A stretch of 64,000 nucleotides of DNA, from IMG/VR virus record IMGVR_UViG_3300025889_000083, positions 32,001 through 96,000 of that record; one strand, written 5' to 3'. Of the stretch, positions 1 to 8,841 are shown piece after piece; positions within the stretch are counted from its first letter, which is position 1; the number at the start of each line of letters is the position of its first letter. The position numbers and the translations under genes were made by a program. The notes beneath the pieces were generated by a model. The model saw nothing but the letters and a program-made list of their open reading frames with translations. It did not search any database and was not told the origin of the DNA. Source of the DNA: a virus.

Positions 1-1531
1 ACCAATCAGTTGCTTTTTGAATTACGTAGATGATAGCCGTGAAGGAATTACAGATCACTTTACTGAAAATGCTTTTTTAAGTTCATTCGGTGGTGGTATC
101 GGTGGATATTGGGGCGAAGTCCGTTCTGTTGGAACGAAAACTTCAAAAGGCTCAGAGTCCACTGGTGTGATTCCTTTTATGAGAGTTGTCGATGCTGAGA
201 TGCTTGCTTTTTCTCAAGGAATTACTCGTAGAGGAAGCTATGCAGGCTACATCGATATAAGTCACCCTGAAATAGAGGAATTTCTAGATGTTCGAAAACC
301 TACTGGTGGTGACGTTAATCGTAAGTGTATTAATCTGCATCATGGGGTTGTCGTATCAGATCGCTTTATGGAGCTCATTCACAGTGCTACAAAGTATAGT
401 GGTTTCGACGATAGCTGGCAGCTTGTGGATCCGCACAGCGGTGAGGTAAAGAAAACTGTCAGTGCTAGAGCATTATGGGTAAAGATTCTTCAAAACCGTA
501 TGGAAACAGGAGAGCCTTATCTTATGTTTGGTGATGCTGTGAACAGTGAGTTGCCTGACTTTCAGAAAAGACTTGGATTAAGCGTTCACCAAAGTAATCT
601 TTGTTCTGAGATTACTTTAGCAACAAATGATGAAAGAACAGCAGTATGTTGTCTATCAAGTGTAAACTTGGAATATTTTGATGAATGGAAAAAGGAACCA
701 GCGTTCATTCCAGATCTAGTCAGAATGTTAGATAATGTGCTAGAATATTTTATAAAACATGCGCCAGAACAATTACACAAAGCAGTATTTTCTGCTTATC
801 GTGAAAGAAGTATTGGTCTTGGTGCAATGGGATTTCATGCTTATTTACAGAAAAATTCTATACCATTTGACAATCCAATGGCAACTGGTGTAAATCTTCA
901 GATGTTTGAATTAATTAAATCAAAAGCAAGTGAAGAAACTAGAAGATTGGCTGTAGAAAGAGGAGCATGTCCCGACGATGATACTTGTACTGTTAGAAAT
1001 GCACACTTGCTAGCAATAGCACCAAATGCATCTAGTAGTATTATTTGTGGAAACACAAGTCCAAGTATTGAGCCTTTCCGTGCTAATGCTTACACTCAGA
1101 AAACAAAGAGTGGAAGTAATCTTGTAAAGAATAAATTCTTAAAGCAAGTCCTAGCGGGGTATGGACAGGACACAGACGAAACTTGGGCAAGTATCGTTGG
1201 AAACAAAGGAAGTGTGCAACATCTTGACTTCTTGAACGACTGGGAGAGAGACGTGTTCAAGACAGCAGTTGAGATAAATCAAGCGTGGGTTGTCGAGCAT
1301 GCTTCAATGAGACAACCATTTATCTGTCAATCGCAGAGTGTGAATCTATTTTTTCCACCTGACGTAAACAAGGCAGATCTACACAACGTCCACATGCTTG
1401 CGTGGGCGAAGAATCTTAAAACGCTTTATTACCTACGAAGTGAAGCAATATCTCGAGCAGATAATGTTACTTCACAGGCAAAGCGAGAAATAATCTTTGA
1501 ACAATCAGATTGTTTAAGTTGCGAAGGATAA
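1..1531 (+). CDS. nrdA: Ribonucleotide reductase class Ia alpha subunit (5'-truncated by window edge)
   Basis: SNLCSEI catalytic motif, LLAIAPNASSS, LYYLR tyrosine pair, C-terminal CLSC. Confidence 0.97.
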   Translation, partial: PISCFLNYVDDSREGITDHFTENAFLSSFGGGIGGYWGEVRSVGTKTSKGSESTGVIPFMRVVDAEMLAFSQGITRRGSYAGYIDISHPEIEEFLDVRKPTGGDVNRKCINLHHGVVVSDRFMELIHSATKYSGFDDSWQLVDPHSGEVKKTVSARALWVKILQNRMETGEPYLMFGDAVNSELPDFQKRLGLSVHQSNLCSEITLATNDERTAVCCLSSVNLEYFDEWKKEPAFIPDLVRMLDNVLEYFIKHAPEQLHKAVFSAYRERSIGLGAMGFHAYLQKNSIPFDNPMATGVNLQMFELIKSKASEETRRLAVERGACPDDDTCTVRNAHLLAIAPNASSSIICGNTSPSIEPFRANAYTQKTKSGSNLVKNKFLKQVLAGYGQDTDETWASIVGNKGSVQHLDFLNDWERDVFKTAVEINQAWVVEHASMRQPFICQSQSVNLFFPPDVNKADLHNVHMLAWAKNLKTLYYLRSEAISRADNVTSQAKREIIFEQSDCLSCEG

Positions 1532-1533
1532 AT

Positions 1534-2490
1534 ATGTTATTAGAAGAAAGAAACTATTACAAACCTTTTAACTATCCGTGGGCGTTTGATGCTTATAAAA
1601 AACAGCAGCAAATGCACTGGATGCCTGATGAAGTTACACTAAGTGATGATATTAGGGACTATAACGAAAAACTTACGCCTGAAAATAGAGAATTGTTAGA
1701 TAACATTTTTCGATTTTTCACGCAGGCAGACGTTGATGTATGTTGTGGATATGCAAAGCACTATCTTCCAACATTCAAACAACCAGAAATCCGAATGATG
1801 CTTGCATCTTTTGCTGCCATGGAGGCAGTACATCAAGAAGCATATTCATTGTTGCTGGAAACTCTTGGAAAATCCGAAGGAATTTATCAAGAGTTTATGG
1901 ATATACAAGCGATGGTAGAGAAACATGAGTACTTGTCTGACTTTAGTATGAAAACTAAACATGATATTGCGAAGACACTAGCAGTATACAGTGGTTTTAC
2001 AGAAGGAGTTCAGCTTTTCTCTTCTTTCGCAATTTTACTTAACTTTCCAAGGCATAATCTTATGAAAGGAATGGGGCAGATTGTTACATGGTCAATTCGT
2101 GATGAAACACTTCATGTTGAGAACGTGTCTAAATTATTCCGAACTTTCATAGCAGAAAATCCCGAGTTGTGGACTGATAAGTTAAAATACGAAATTTACT
2201 GCGCTGCAGAGCGAGTAGTTGAGTTGGAAGACGAATTTATTGATGTTTGTTTTGCAAAAGCTCAAATACCCGATCTTACTGCAAAAGAAGTAAAAGAGTA
2301 TATACGATATATTGCAGACAGACGCTTATTGGGTTTAGGTCTAAAAGCAATATTTCATAGTACAACTAATCCACTACCTTGGGTAGATATGCAAGTAAAT
2401 GCAGTTGAGCATACCAACTTTTTTGAAAATCGTGCTACCGAGTATGCAAAAAGTAGTACACAAGGCAACTGGCAGGATATTTTTAAATGA
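1534..2490 (+). CDS. nrdB: Ribonucleotide reductase class Ia beta subunit
   Basis: EAVHQEAY, RDETLH di-iron motifs, NFFE tail; ATG at 1534 right after nrdA stop. Confidence 0.97.
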   Translation: MLLEERNYYKPFNYPWAFDAYKKQQQMHWMPDEVTLSDDIRDYNEKLTPENRELLDNIFRFFTQADVDVCCGYAKHYLPTFKQPEIRMMLASFAAMEAVHQEAYSLLLETLGKSEGIYQEFMDIQAMVEKHEYLSDFSMKTKHDIAKTLAVYSGFTEGVQLFSSFAILLNFPRHNLMKGMGQIVTWSIRDETLHVENVSKLFRTFIAENPELWTDKLKYEIYCAAERVVELEDEFIDVCFAKAQIPDLTAKEVKEYIRYIADRRLLGLGLKAIFHSTTNPLPWVDMQVNAVEHTNFFENRATEYAKSSTQGNWQDIFK

Positions 2491-2678
2491 CAACAATTAG
2501 TATAGACGGCGTCGAATATGATGTCGAAGGCATGACTAAAGAACAACGCTTGTTAGTAAATGCGATTGGGTATTGTGATAAAAGAAAAACAGAACTCGAT
2601 CACGAATTGGCAGCGATACAAACTGCTAGACAAGCGTATGTTAATGACTTAGGAGCACAATTAAAAGGAGAAGAATGA
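2487..2678 (+). CDS. Small coiled-coil hypothetical protein
   Basis: ATGA overlaps on both sides; ISIDGVEYDV N-terminus plus heptad C-terminus. Confidence 0.75.
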   Translation: MTTISIDGVEYDVEGMTKEQRLLVNAIGYCDKRKTELDHELAAIQTARQAYVNDLGAQLKGEE

Positions 2679-3328
2679 AAATCTTTATAGGATATGATAG
2701 TGAACACCCCGAAGCATACGAAGTATGTAAGGCAAGTATTTTAAAACATAATCCTTTACATGAGATACATCCTTTAATTAATAAGAAATTGAGAAAGAAA
2801 GGACTCTATGACAGACCAAAACACTTAATGGAAAGTACAGAGTTCTCCTTTACTCGATTTCTAGTTCCTTTGTTATGTAACTACACAGGGCGCGCACTCT
2901 ATTGTGATGGAGATTTTCTTTGGAGATGTGATCCTCAAGAACTTACACATCATATGAATGATGAAGATGTTGCAGTAGTAAAACATCCAAAGTTTAGTAT
3001 AAAAACTAAAAAGATGAAAAATAAAGGAAATGCAGATTACGATATGAAATATTGGAGTAGTTTGATGTTCTTTGATTGTGCAAAATGTGATAGTTTAACA
3101 AAGTGGTATGTGAGTAATGCTCATGCTGCACACTTACATGGCTTTTCATGGGCTAGTAAGATAGGCAGCATCCCAGCAAGTTTTAATGCACTTGTTGGAT
3201 ATTACGACTTTGGTAAAAAATATACAAAAGCCGTCCACTTTACAGATGGCGGACCGTGGCTGGAAGGCTACGAAAACGTGGAGTTTGCAGACGAATGGTT
3301 TCAGATAAAATCAGAAATAAGTCAGTAA
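2675..3328 (+). CDS. Glycosyltransferase (GT-A fold, phage 'IFIGYD' type)
   Basis: KIFIGYD, STEFSFTRFLVP, YCDGDF (DxD), WSSLM, HFTDGGPW. Confidence 0.85.
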   Translation: MKIFIGYDSEHPEAYEVCKASILKHNPLHEIHPLINKKLRKKGLYDRPKHLMESTEFSFTRFLVPLLCNYTGRALYCDGDFLWRCDPQELTHHMNDEDVAVVKHPKFSIKTKKMKNKGNADYDMKYWSSLMFFDCAKCDSLTKWYVSNAHAAHLHGFSWASKIGSIPASFNALVGYYDFGKKYTKAVHFTDGGPWLEGYENVEFADEWFQIKSEISQ

Positions 3329-3942
3329 TTCTAGTAGGAAACTCTGTCGAGTTATTAGAGTATGAATATGGAGACTATATAGAATCCTTTGATATAATAG
3401 TAAGATTCGGCAGAGGTATTCCTCGCCCAGATATTTATAAATCAGTTGGAAAACGAACTGATATCTGGATTACTGGATTTTTGAGAGCAAACTTTCATCC
3501 ACACTTTCCTACCGCACTGAAACTTCTTAATCGGTGCAGAATACACTTAAATAAAAAACCTACTCGAGAAATAGTTTTCGATCACGAAGTAATGTACTCA
3601 GATGATGAGTTAATGCTTATATTTGAAGAATTTGGTTGTAAAAACGGAGATGCAAATGCGTTGCGACCAAGTGCTGGTTATATGGGTGTTCATTATTTTG
3701 TGAATAAAATGAACATGTGGAAAAACTTAAATCTAATAGGTTTCGACTTTTTTCAAAAGAAACTTCCATGGAAACTAGGACAGGACTATCCTTCAAGTTG
3801 GCATTTACCAGAGAATACAATACAGAGAAGTCCACATGCAAAAGATAAAGAACGAGAAATCGTTAGTCAGTGGAACGAGAAAGGAATACTAAATTGGAAA
3901 ATACTTTCTGATTTGAAAGAAGAATTAATAGACTTTTCCTAG
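3295..3942 (+). CDS. GT29/sialyltransferase-like protein
   Basis: ILVGNS...IESFDIIVRF...VGKRTD sialylmotif-L-like; PSAG...LIGFDFF; C-terminal H..xE. Confidence 0.7.
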   Translation: MVSDKIRNKSVILVGNSVELLEYEYGDYIESFDIIVRFGRGIPRPDIYKSVGKRTDIWITGFLRANFHPHFPTALKLLNRCRIHLNKKPTREIVFDHEVMYSDDELMLIFEEFGCKNGDANALRPSAGYMGVHYFVNKMNMWKNLNLIGFDFFQKKLPWKLGQDYPSSWHLPENTIQRSPHAKDKEREIVSQWNEKGILNWKILSDLKEELIDFS

Positions 3943-4884
3943 AATATAACCTGCTTGAAGTATTTTTCGTGTAGCTTGCTTTTGCTTTTCAGCTTTTAAC
4001 AAGATTCTTTCATTTACTCTAGCGTTTCTAAGATTTACAGGGATTCTGTCTATTAAATTTGCATATAGATCAAAAGGAACTGCTAATGCTACTCCCATAG
4101 GACAGTCAGCATATTCAGCAACTAAATATTTATGATCGCAACTAATAGAAAATGCTTTTCTCATTGCAATATTATGATTAAGAGTATCTGCTGTACCGAT
4201 AGAATCAACTTTGATAAGATAATCTACCTTCATACTTGCATACAAAGGCATATGTCCAAATTTATAAGTTTTTAATGCGTTAAAAAATACATTATTTCTT
4301 GCACCATTAATATAGGCATCAAGTCTGTGTTCTAATCCAATAACTGCAGGAGCTCTGCCGTCTTCAAAGAATAATTCATGATCTCCTATCTTATCTAGTT
4401 CATCCCAATTAAATAGCATAAAATTAGTATCTAAATCATTTTTCTCATGTGAAACTCCAAGTATATTGTAATAATTTCTATACATTGGATGCTCTATATA
4501 CTGCCATCTTTTAGGAGCCATAACAACACCTTTTTGCCAGTCTGCTGGTGGTAATTGTCCTACCCAGTCTCTAAGAAATATTCTATTGTCTCCGAACATT
4601 AAAACTCTTTTATTGAGTTTACCATTCTTACTTCCTTCGCCTCTATACCATCTTCTTATAAGAAGTAAAAATTTTGCTTGCCAGTTACCATTAGCTACCT
4701 TTGAAGGTATTTGATAGCATTTATAATTTTTGAAATTTCTGTCAATCCATTCAACAACTTCTTTGTCCCATTGATCTTCATGAAACCCAACATGTAGGCG
4801 AAAGCTATCCCCATCCCAATCTAACATGGATGCGAGTGTGAACATTCCGTACACTGGTTTGTATCTATAAATTACTTCTATCAT
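3925..4884 (-). CDS. Hypothetical protein, possible divergent GT-A glycosyltransferase
   Basis: 319-aa ORF in GT cluster; GDNRIF and DTNFMLFNWD resemble GT8 segments only weakly. Confidence 0.5.
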   Translation of the reverse strand: MIEVIYRYKPVYGMFTLASMLDWDGDSFRLHVGFHEDQWDKEVVEWIDRNFKNYKCYQIPSKVANGNWQAKFLLLIRRWYRGEGSKNGKLNKRVLMFGDNRIFLRDWVGQLPPADWQKGVVMAPKRWQYIEHPMYRNYYNILGVSHEKNDLDTNFMLFNWDELDKIGDHELFFEDGRAPAVIGLEHRLDAYINGARNNVFFNALKTYKFGHMPLYASMKVDYLIKVDSIGTADTLNHNIAMRKAFSISCDHKYLVAEYADCPMGVALAVPFDLYANLIDRIPVNLRNARVNERILLKAEKQKQATRKILQAGYILGKVY

Positions 4885-5795
4885 TTTGCCATCTTATATT
4901 CCCAGAAGGAGTGTAGGTATCTATCCATACGTTCTTCTGCATCGTTATCAAAGTTAAAAATTATACCTGAGTGTTTTGCACTAAGGAGTTTACATAGTGC
5001 TGTATATGCACCTTGTTGTGAACACTGATTTGATATAGCGTAGTAAAAACTTTCGTAAGTAAGTAGATTTTTTTCTCTTACATCTTTTGGTGTACTTACT
5101 AAGCGTAGTTTTTTACCTAGTAAAATTGCTATCAAACCCATTTCACTATTTGGTGCACAAGCTACTTCTTTTGCGTTCATAAGAAGTTCAAATCCACCTG
5201 ACTTTTTATTCAAGATTTTATCTGCTCCAAGTTTTTCTCTTAGCAGTGCCATCCAAATGTGTGCTGTTATTGGATGCGGTTTTACCATAAATCCATCTGC
5301 TACTGCCTGTCGCATTTTATTCCAGTCTAAAGTATTTTTATACATTAGATTACTGCCAGGCGGGAATATTACTTTATCATAGAACTCTGGATTTGTTTGT
5401 AAAACATATTTATTGTGAAGATTGTCTTTTATCTTTTGTATTCTATCTTCATCAATTTCTATATCGCCATTTACTATTCCAGCAAAAAACTTATCATTGA
5501 TTTTTATAGACGGAACTCTCATTACAATTCCTTTGCCTAAAAAATCAGTATAAAGCCATGCTCTTATAGTTGAGACTTCATTTGTATTAAACCAAATATC
5601 ATATTCAAATGGTCTACCTCTAAATGAATCTCTGATTACTCTTTTACGAAATTCTGCTAAGTCGTTAAGATCCTCTTTAGGTCTAAATGCGCTTCCTGAT
5701 TTCATAAAATGAGTTGGTATATCACCAAGACATTCATTTATTGTTAGAGCTTGAAGTGGCTTTTTTGGTTTTACTATTCCGCCTTCTTGAGCCAT
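4881..5795 (-). CDS. KpsS/KpsC-like (capsule synthesis, beta-Kdo transferase-like) glycosyltransferase
   Basis: VKPHP motif followed by ELL..A..V...NSEMGLIAILLGK. Confidence 0.65.
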   Translation of the reverse strand: MAQEGGIVKPKKPLQALTINECLGDIPTHFMKSGSAFRPKEDLNDLAEFRKRVIRDSFRGRPFEYDIWFNTNEVSTIRAWLYTDFLGKGIVMRVPSIKINDKFFAGIVNGDIEIDEDRIQKIKDNLHNKYVLQTNPEFYDKVIFPPGSNLMYKNTLDWNKMRQAVADGFMVKPHPITAHIWMALLREKLGADKILNKKSGGFELLMNAKEVACAPNSEMGLIAILLGKKLRLVSTPKDVREKNLLTYESFYYAISNQCSQQGAYTALCKLLSAKHSGIIFNFDNDAEERMDRYLHSFWEYKMAK

Positions 5796-5965
5796 TCTCT
5801 AAACTCCTTTTGAAGTTGGTAAAGTACCACTTCAATATTTTTTATTCTTTCTTCATTTTCGCCCATATTATCAAATATGGCTGCCATCATGCTTTCTAAT
5901 TTCTTATTTACATAATCGGCGTCTACTTTTGTATCTTTATGTCCTTCTATCAAGTCTCGCTCCAT
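5774..5965 (-). CDS. Small coiled-coil protein
   Basis: Overlaps both neighbours; heptad pattern. Confidence 0.65.
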   Translation of the reverse strand: MERDLIEGHKDTKVDADYVNKKLESMMAAIFDNMGENEERIKNIEVVLYQLQKEFREWLKKAE

Positions 5966-8610
5966 TTAGAGCCATCCCAATAGGACTGCCCTAGATCTTG
6001 AGCACTTGCCACTTCTGTATCGAAGATTGTTCCTAATGTGGAGGCGGTTATTCTTTCATAAATCACAGTATTAGTTGCTGTTGCAAATACTGTGAGGTGA
6101 TCTGTAGTTCTGCTGGTCTCTGTAAGTCTATTTGAACTTGTTGTTCTAACTGTAGCGGTGGATTGCGTAGTATTAAATGTTGTGGTTGTAGTATATGCTG
6201 TAGTTGTAGCAAATAGAGTAGCAGTTGATCTTGTAGTATTAAATACTGTAGTTGTTTCTCTAGTAGTGTTAAATGTTGTAACTGTTGCATAAGCAGTTGT
6301 AGTTGTATATGCAGTAGTTGTAGCTTTAGTTGTAATGTAAGTTGTTGTAGTTGTATATGCTGTAGTAGTACTATAAGCAGTTGTTGTTCCTTGAGAAGTA
6401 TTAAATGTTGTAGTTGTTTCTCTAGTAGTGTTAAATGTGGTTGTAGTCGTATACGCTGTTGTAGTTGTATAAGCAGTTGTTGTTGCGTTACTTGTTATAA
6501 ATGTAGTTGTAGTATTATATGAAGTTGTAGTTGTATATGCTGTAGTTGTAGCTTTACTGGTTATAAATGTTGTAGTTGTTGTATAAGCAGTTGTAGTTGT
6601 ATAAGCTGTAGTTGTAGACTTACTGGTTATAAATGTTGTGGTTGTGCTATACGCTGTTGTAGTTGTATATGCAGTAGTAGTTGCCTTCGAAGTATTAAAT
6701 GTTGTAGTTGTACTTCTTGATGTACCAGTAGCTCTTGATGTAATACGTGAAGTTATATATGCAGTTTCATAGTTTGTTATTCTAGAAGTTGCTGTATTAT
6801 CAATATATGCTGTGGTTGTACCTCTAGCAGTATTTGTATTATTTGTAAATCCAGTATTATCTACATAAGCTGTTGTTGTACCACGAGCTGTATTTGTTGT
6901 ATTTGTAAATCCTGTATTATCTATAAATGCTGTAGTTGTATTTCTCGCTGTGTTTGTTGCATTTGTAAATCCAGTGTTATCTATAAAGCCTGTCGCAAAT
7001 GCTGTTGAGTTCGTAAATCCTGTAGCACGAGCAGTATTTGTGTTTCGATAAGTTGTTCTTGCTGTGTTTGTAGTGTTTGTAAATCCAGTAGAGTTTGTAA
7101 ATCCTGTACCACGAGCTGTATTCGTATTTCTATAAGTTGTTCTCGCAGTATTTGTTGTATTTGTAAATCCAGTTGAGTTTGTAAATCCAGTAGCGTATGT
7201 AGTAGATCCACTAAACGCAGTATTTCTAGAAGTATTTGTCCATCTAGTAAAGAAACCTTCTGACTGATCTCCGTATACTGTAATATTTTGGAATGTAGTT
7301 AATCTTATACCAGATGTAATTCTAGTTGTGTTTCTAGCAGTATTTGTATTTCTGGATGTTGCTGTATTGTCTATAAATCCAGTAGCAAAAGCTGTTGAGT
7401 TTGTAAATCCAGTATTTCTTGATGTGTTTGTATTTCTGGAAGTTGCAGTATTATCTATGAAACCTGTAGCAAAAGCAGTCGAGTTTGTAAATCCTGTGCT
7501 ACGAGAAGTATTTGTATTTCTGTATGTAGTTCTCGCTGTGTTTGTTGCTCTTGCAGTATTTGTGTTGTCAATAAATGCAGTACCTGTAATTCTAGCGGTA
7601 TTTGTCGCTCTTGAAGTGGCTGTATTGTCAATAAACGCTGTAGATGTAATTCTAGCAGTGTTTGTAGCTCTAGCTGTATTTGTAGCATCAATATATGCTG
7701 TAGATGTAATTCTAGCAGTGTTTGTTGCATTTGTAAACCCTGTAGTTCTACTTGTTGTGATAGTTGTATCATATGAAGTAGTATATGTAGTAGTGGTATT
7801 GTAAGCTGTGGTTGTAGCTTGTGAAGTATTAAAAATTGTAGTAGTACTTCTTGATGTTGCTGTACCTCTACTTGTACCAGTAGCTTGTGATGTATTGAAA
7901 GAAGTTGTTGTACTTCTTGATGTACCAGTACCTCTACTTGTTGCAGTACCTTGTGATGTATTATAAGAAGTTGTTGTACTTCTTGATGTTCCAGTACCTC
8001 TACTTGTTCCAGTAGCTTTTGAAGTATTATAAGCTGTAGTAGTTGATCTACTTGTACCAGTTCCTCTACTTGTTGCAGTTGACTGAGTAGTATTAAATGT
8101 AGTTGTTGTTGACTGTGTTGTGTTAAATACAGTTGTTGTCTCTCTACTTGTACCAGTACTTCTTGATGTTGCTGTTCCTTGCGATGTATTATAAGCTGTT
8201 GTAGTACTTCTACTTGTAGCAGTTCCTCTTGATGTACCAGTTGATTGTGTAGTATTAAATGTAGTTGTTGTTGACTGACTAGTGTTAAATGTAGTTGTAG
8301 TACTTTGTGAAGTTCCTGTTGCTCTACTTGTTGCAGTTGACTGAGTAGTATTAAATGTAGTTATTGTATTAAAGACAGTGCTAGTATCAAAGACAGTAGT
8401 TGTATTAAAAGTAGTTACCTGAATACCTGATACATATGTTGTTTCAGTATTTGTAACTCGCAATGTATCATGCACTGCAACAAATGGTCCTTCTAACGAA
8501 CCACCATCATTTACATAAACTTCATTGGCACGACGAAGCGTACCGCCATCGTTGACAGCTACAAAGCGTAACTGGCGTAAAGTGCCATTGTCGTTTACAT
8601 AAATTGCCAT
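5950..8610 (-). CDS. Thr-rich repetitive fibre-like protein with mirror-complementary halves
   Basis: 886 aa of 4-6 residue Thr-rich units; N-terminal VNDxG x3; in late tail operon. Confidence 0.85.
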   Translation of the reverse strand: MAIYVNDNGTLRQLRFVAVNDGGTLRRANEVYVNDGGSLEGPFVAVHDTLRVTNTETTYVSGIQVTTFNTTTVFDTSTVFNTITTFNTTQSTATSRATGTSQSTTTTFNTSQSTTTTFNTTQSTGTSRGTATSRSTTTAYNTSQGTATSRSTGTSRETTTVFNTTQSTTTTFNTTQSTATSRGTGTSRSTTTAYNTSKATGTSRGTGTSRSTTTSYNTSQGTATSRGTGTSRSTTTSFNTSQATGTSRGTATSRSTTTIFNTSQATTTAYNTTTTYTTSYDTTITTSRTTGFTNATNTARITSTAYIDATNTARATNTARITSTAFIDNTATSRATNTARITGTAFIDNTNTARATNTARTTYRNTNTSRSTGFTNSTAFATGFIDNTATSRNTNTSRNTGFTNSTAFATGFIDNTATSRNTNTARNTTRITSGIRLTTFQNITVYGDQSEGFFTRWTNTSRNTAFSGSTTYATGFTNSTGFTNTTNTARTTYRNTNTARGTGFTNSTGFTNTTNTARTTYRNTNTARATGFTNSTAFATGFIDNTGFTNATNTARNTTTAFIDNTGFTNTTNTARGTTTAYVDNTGFTNNTNTARGTTTAYIDNTATSRITNYETAYITSRITSRATGTSRSTTTTFNTSKATTTAYTTTTAYSTTTTFITSKSTTTAYTTTTAYTTTTTFITSKATTTAYTTTTSYNTTTTFITSNATTTAYTTTTAYTTTTTFNTTRETTTTFNTSQGTTTAYSTTTAYTTTTTYITTKATTTAYTTTTAYATVTTFNTTRETTTVFNTTRSTATLFATTTAYTTTTTFNTTQSTATVRTTSSNRLTETSRTTDHLTVFATATNTVIYERITASTLGTIFDTEVASAQDLGQSYWDGSKWSET

Positions 8611-8621
8611 TTAATTATCTC

Positions 8622-8840
8622 TTAATATACGTACCAGACGTGTCCACTACTTGTTGATCCTACGGAAACTGGAGCAGTTGTTGTTATTGTGTAAGGAAGT
8701 CGAGCAGAAGCAATAGTTCCACTATCGATTTTATCGGCAGAGATAGTTACACTTGCCATTCCTCTACTTGAATCAATACTTTCTGTTCCGTCTACGGATA
8801 GACCAGCGTCTTCGATATTAAAGTTTAGTTTTACACCCAT
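8622..8840 (-). CDS. Small fibre adaptor-like protein
   Basis: SGTIASARLP and GHVWYVY fibre-type motifs; between two fibre genes. Confidence 0.6.
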   Translation of the reverse strand: MGVKLNFNIEDAGLSVDGTESIDSSRGMASVTISADKIDSGTIASARLPYTITTTAPVSVGSTSSGHVWYVY

Positions 8841-8841
8841 T

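Noticed and set aside
5950-8610. CRISPR array or DNA-level tandem repeat
   Set aside because: Repeats are in frame with synonymous variation; no constant repeat with unique spacers
5950-8610. Ice-binding TxT beta-solenoid
   Set aside because: Mixed 4/6-residue units and mirror complementarity fit a hairpin better; not fully excluded
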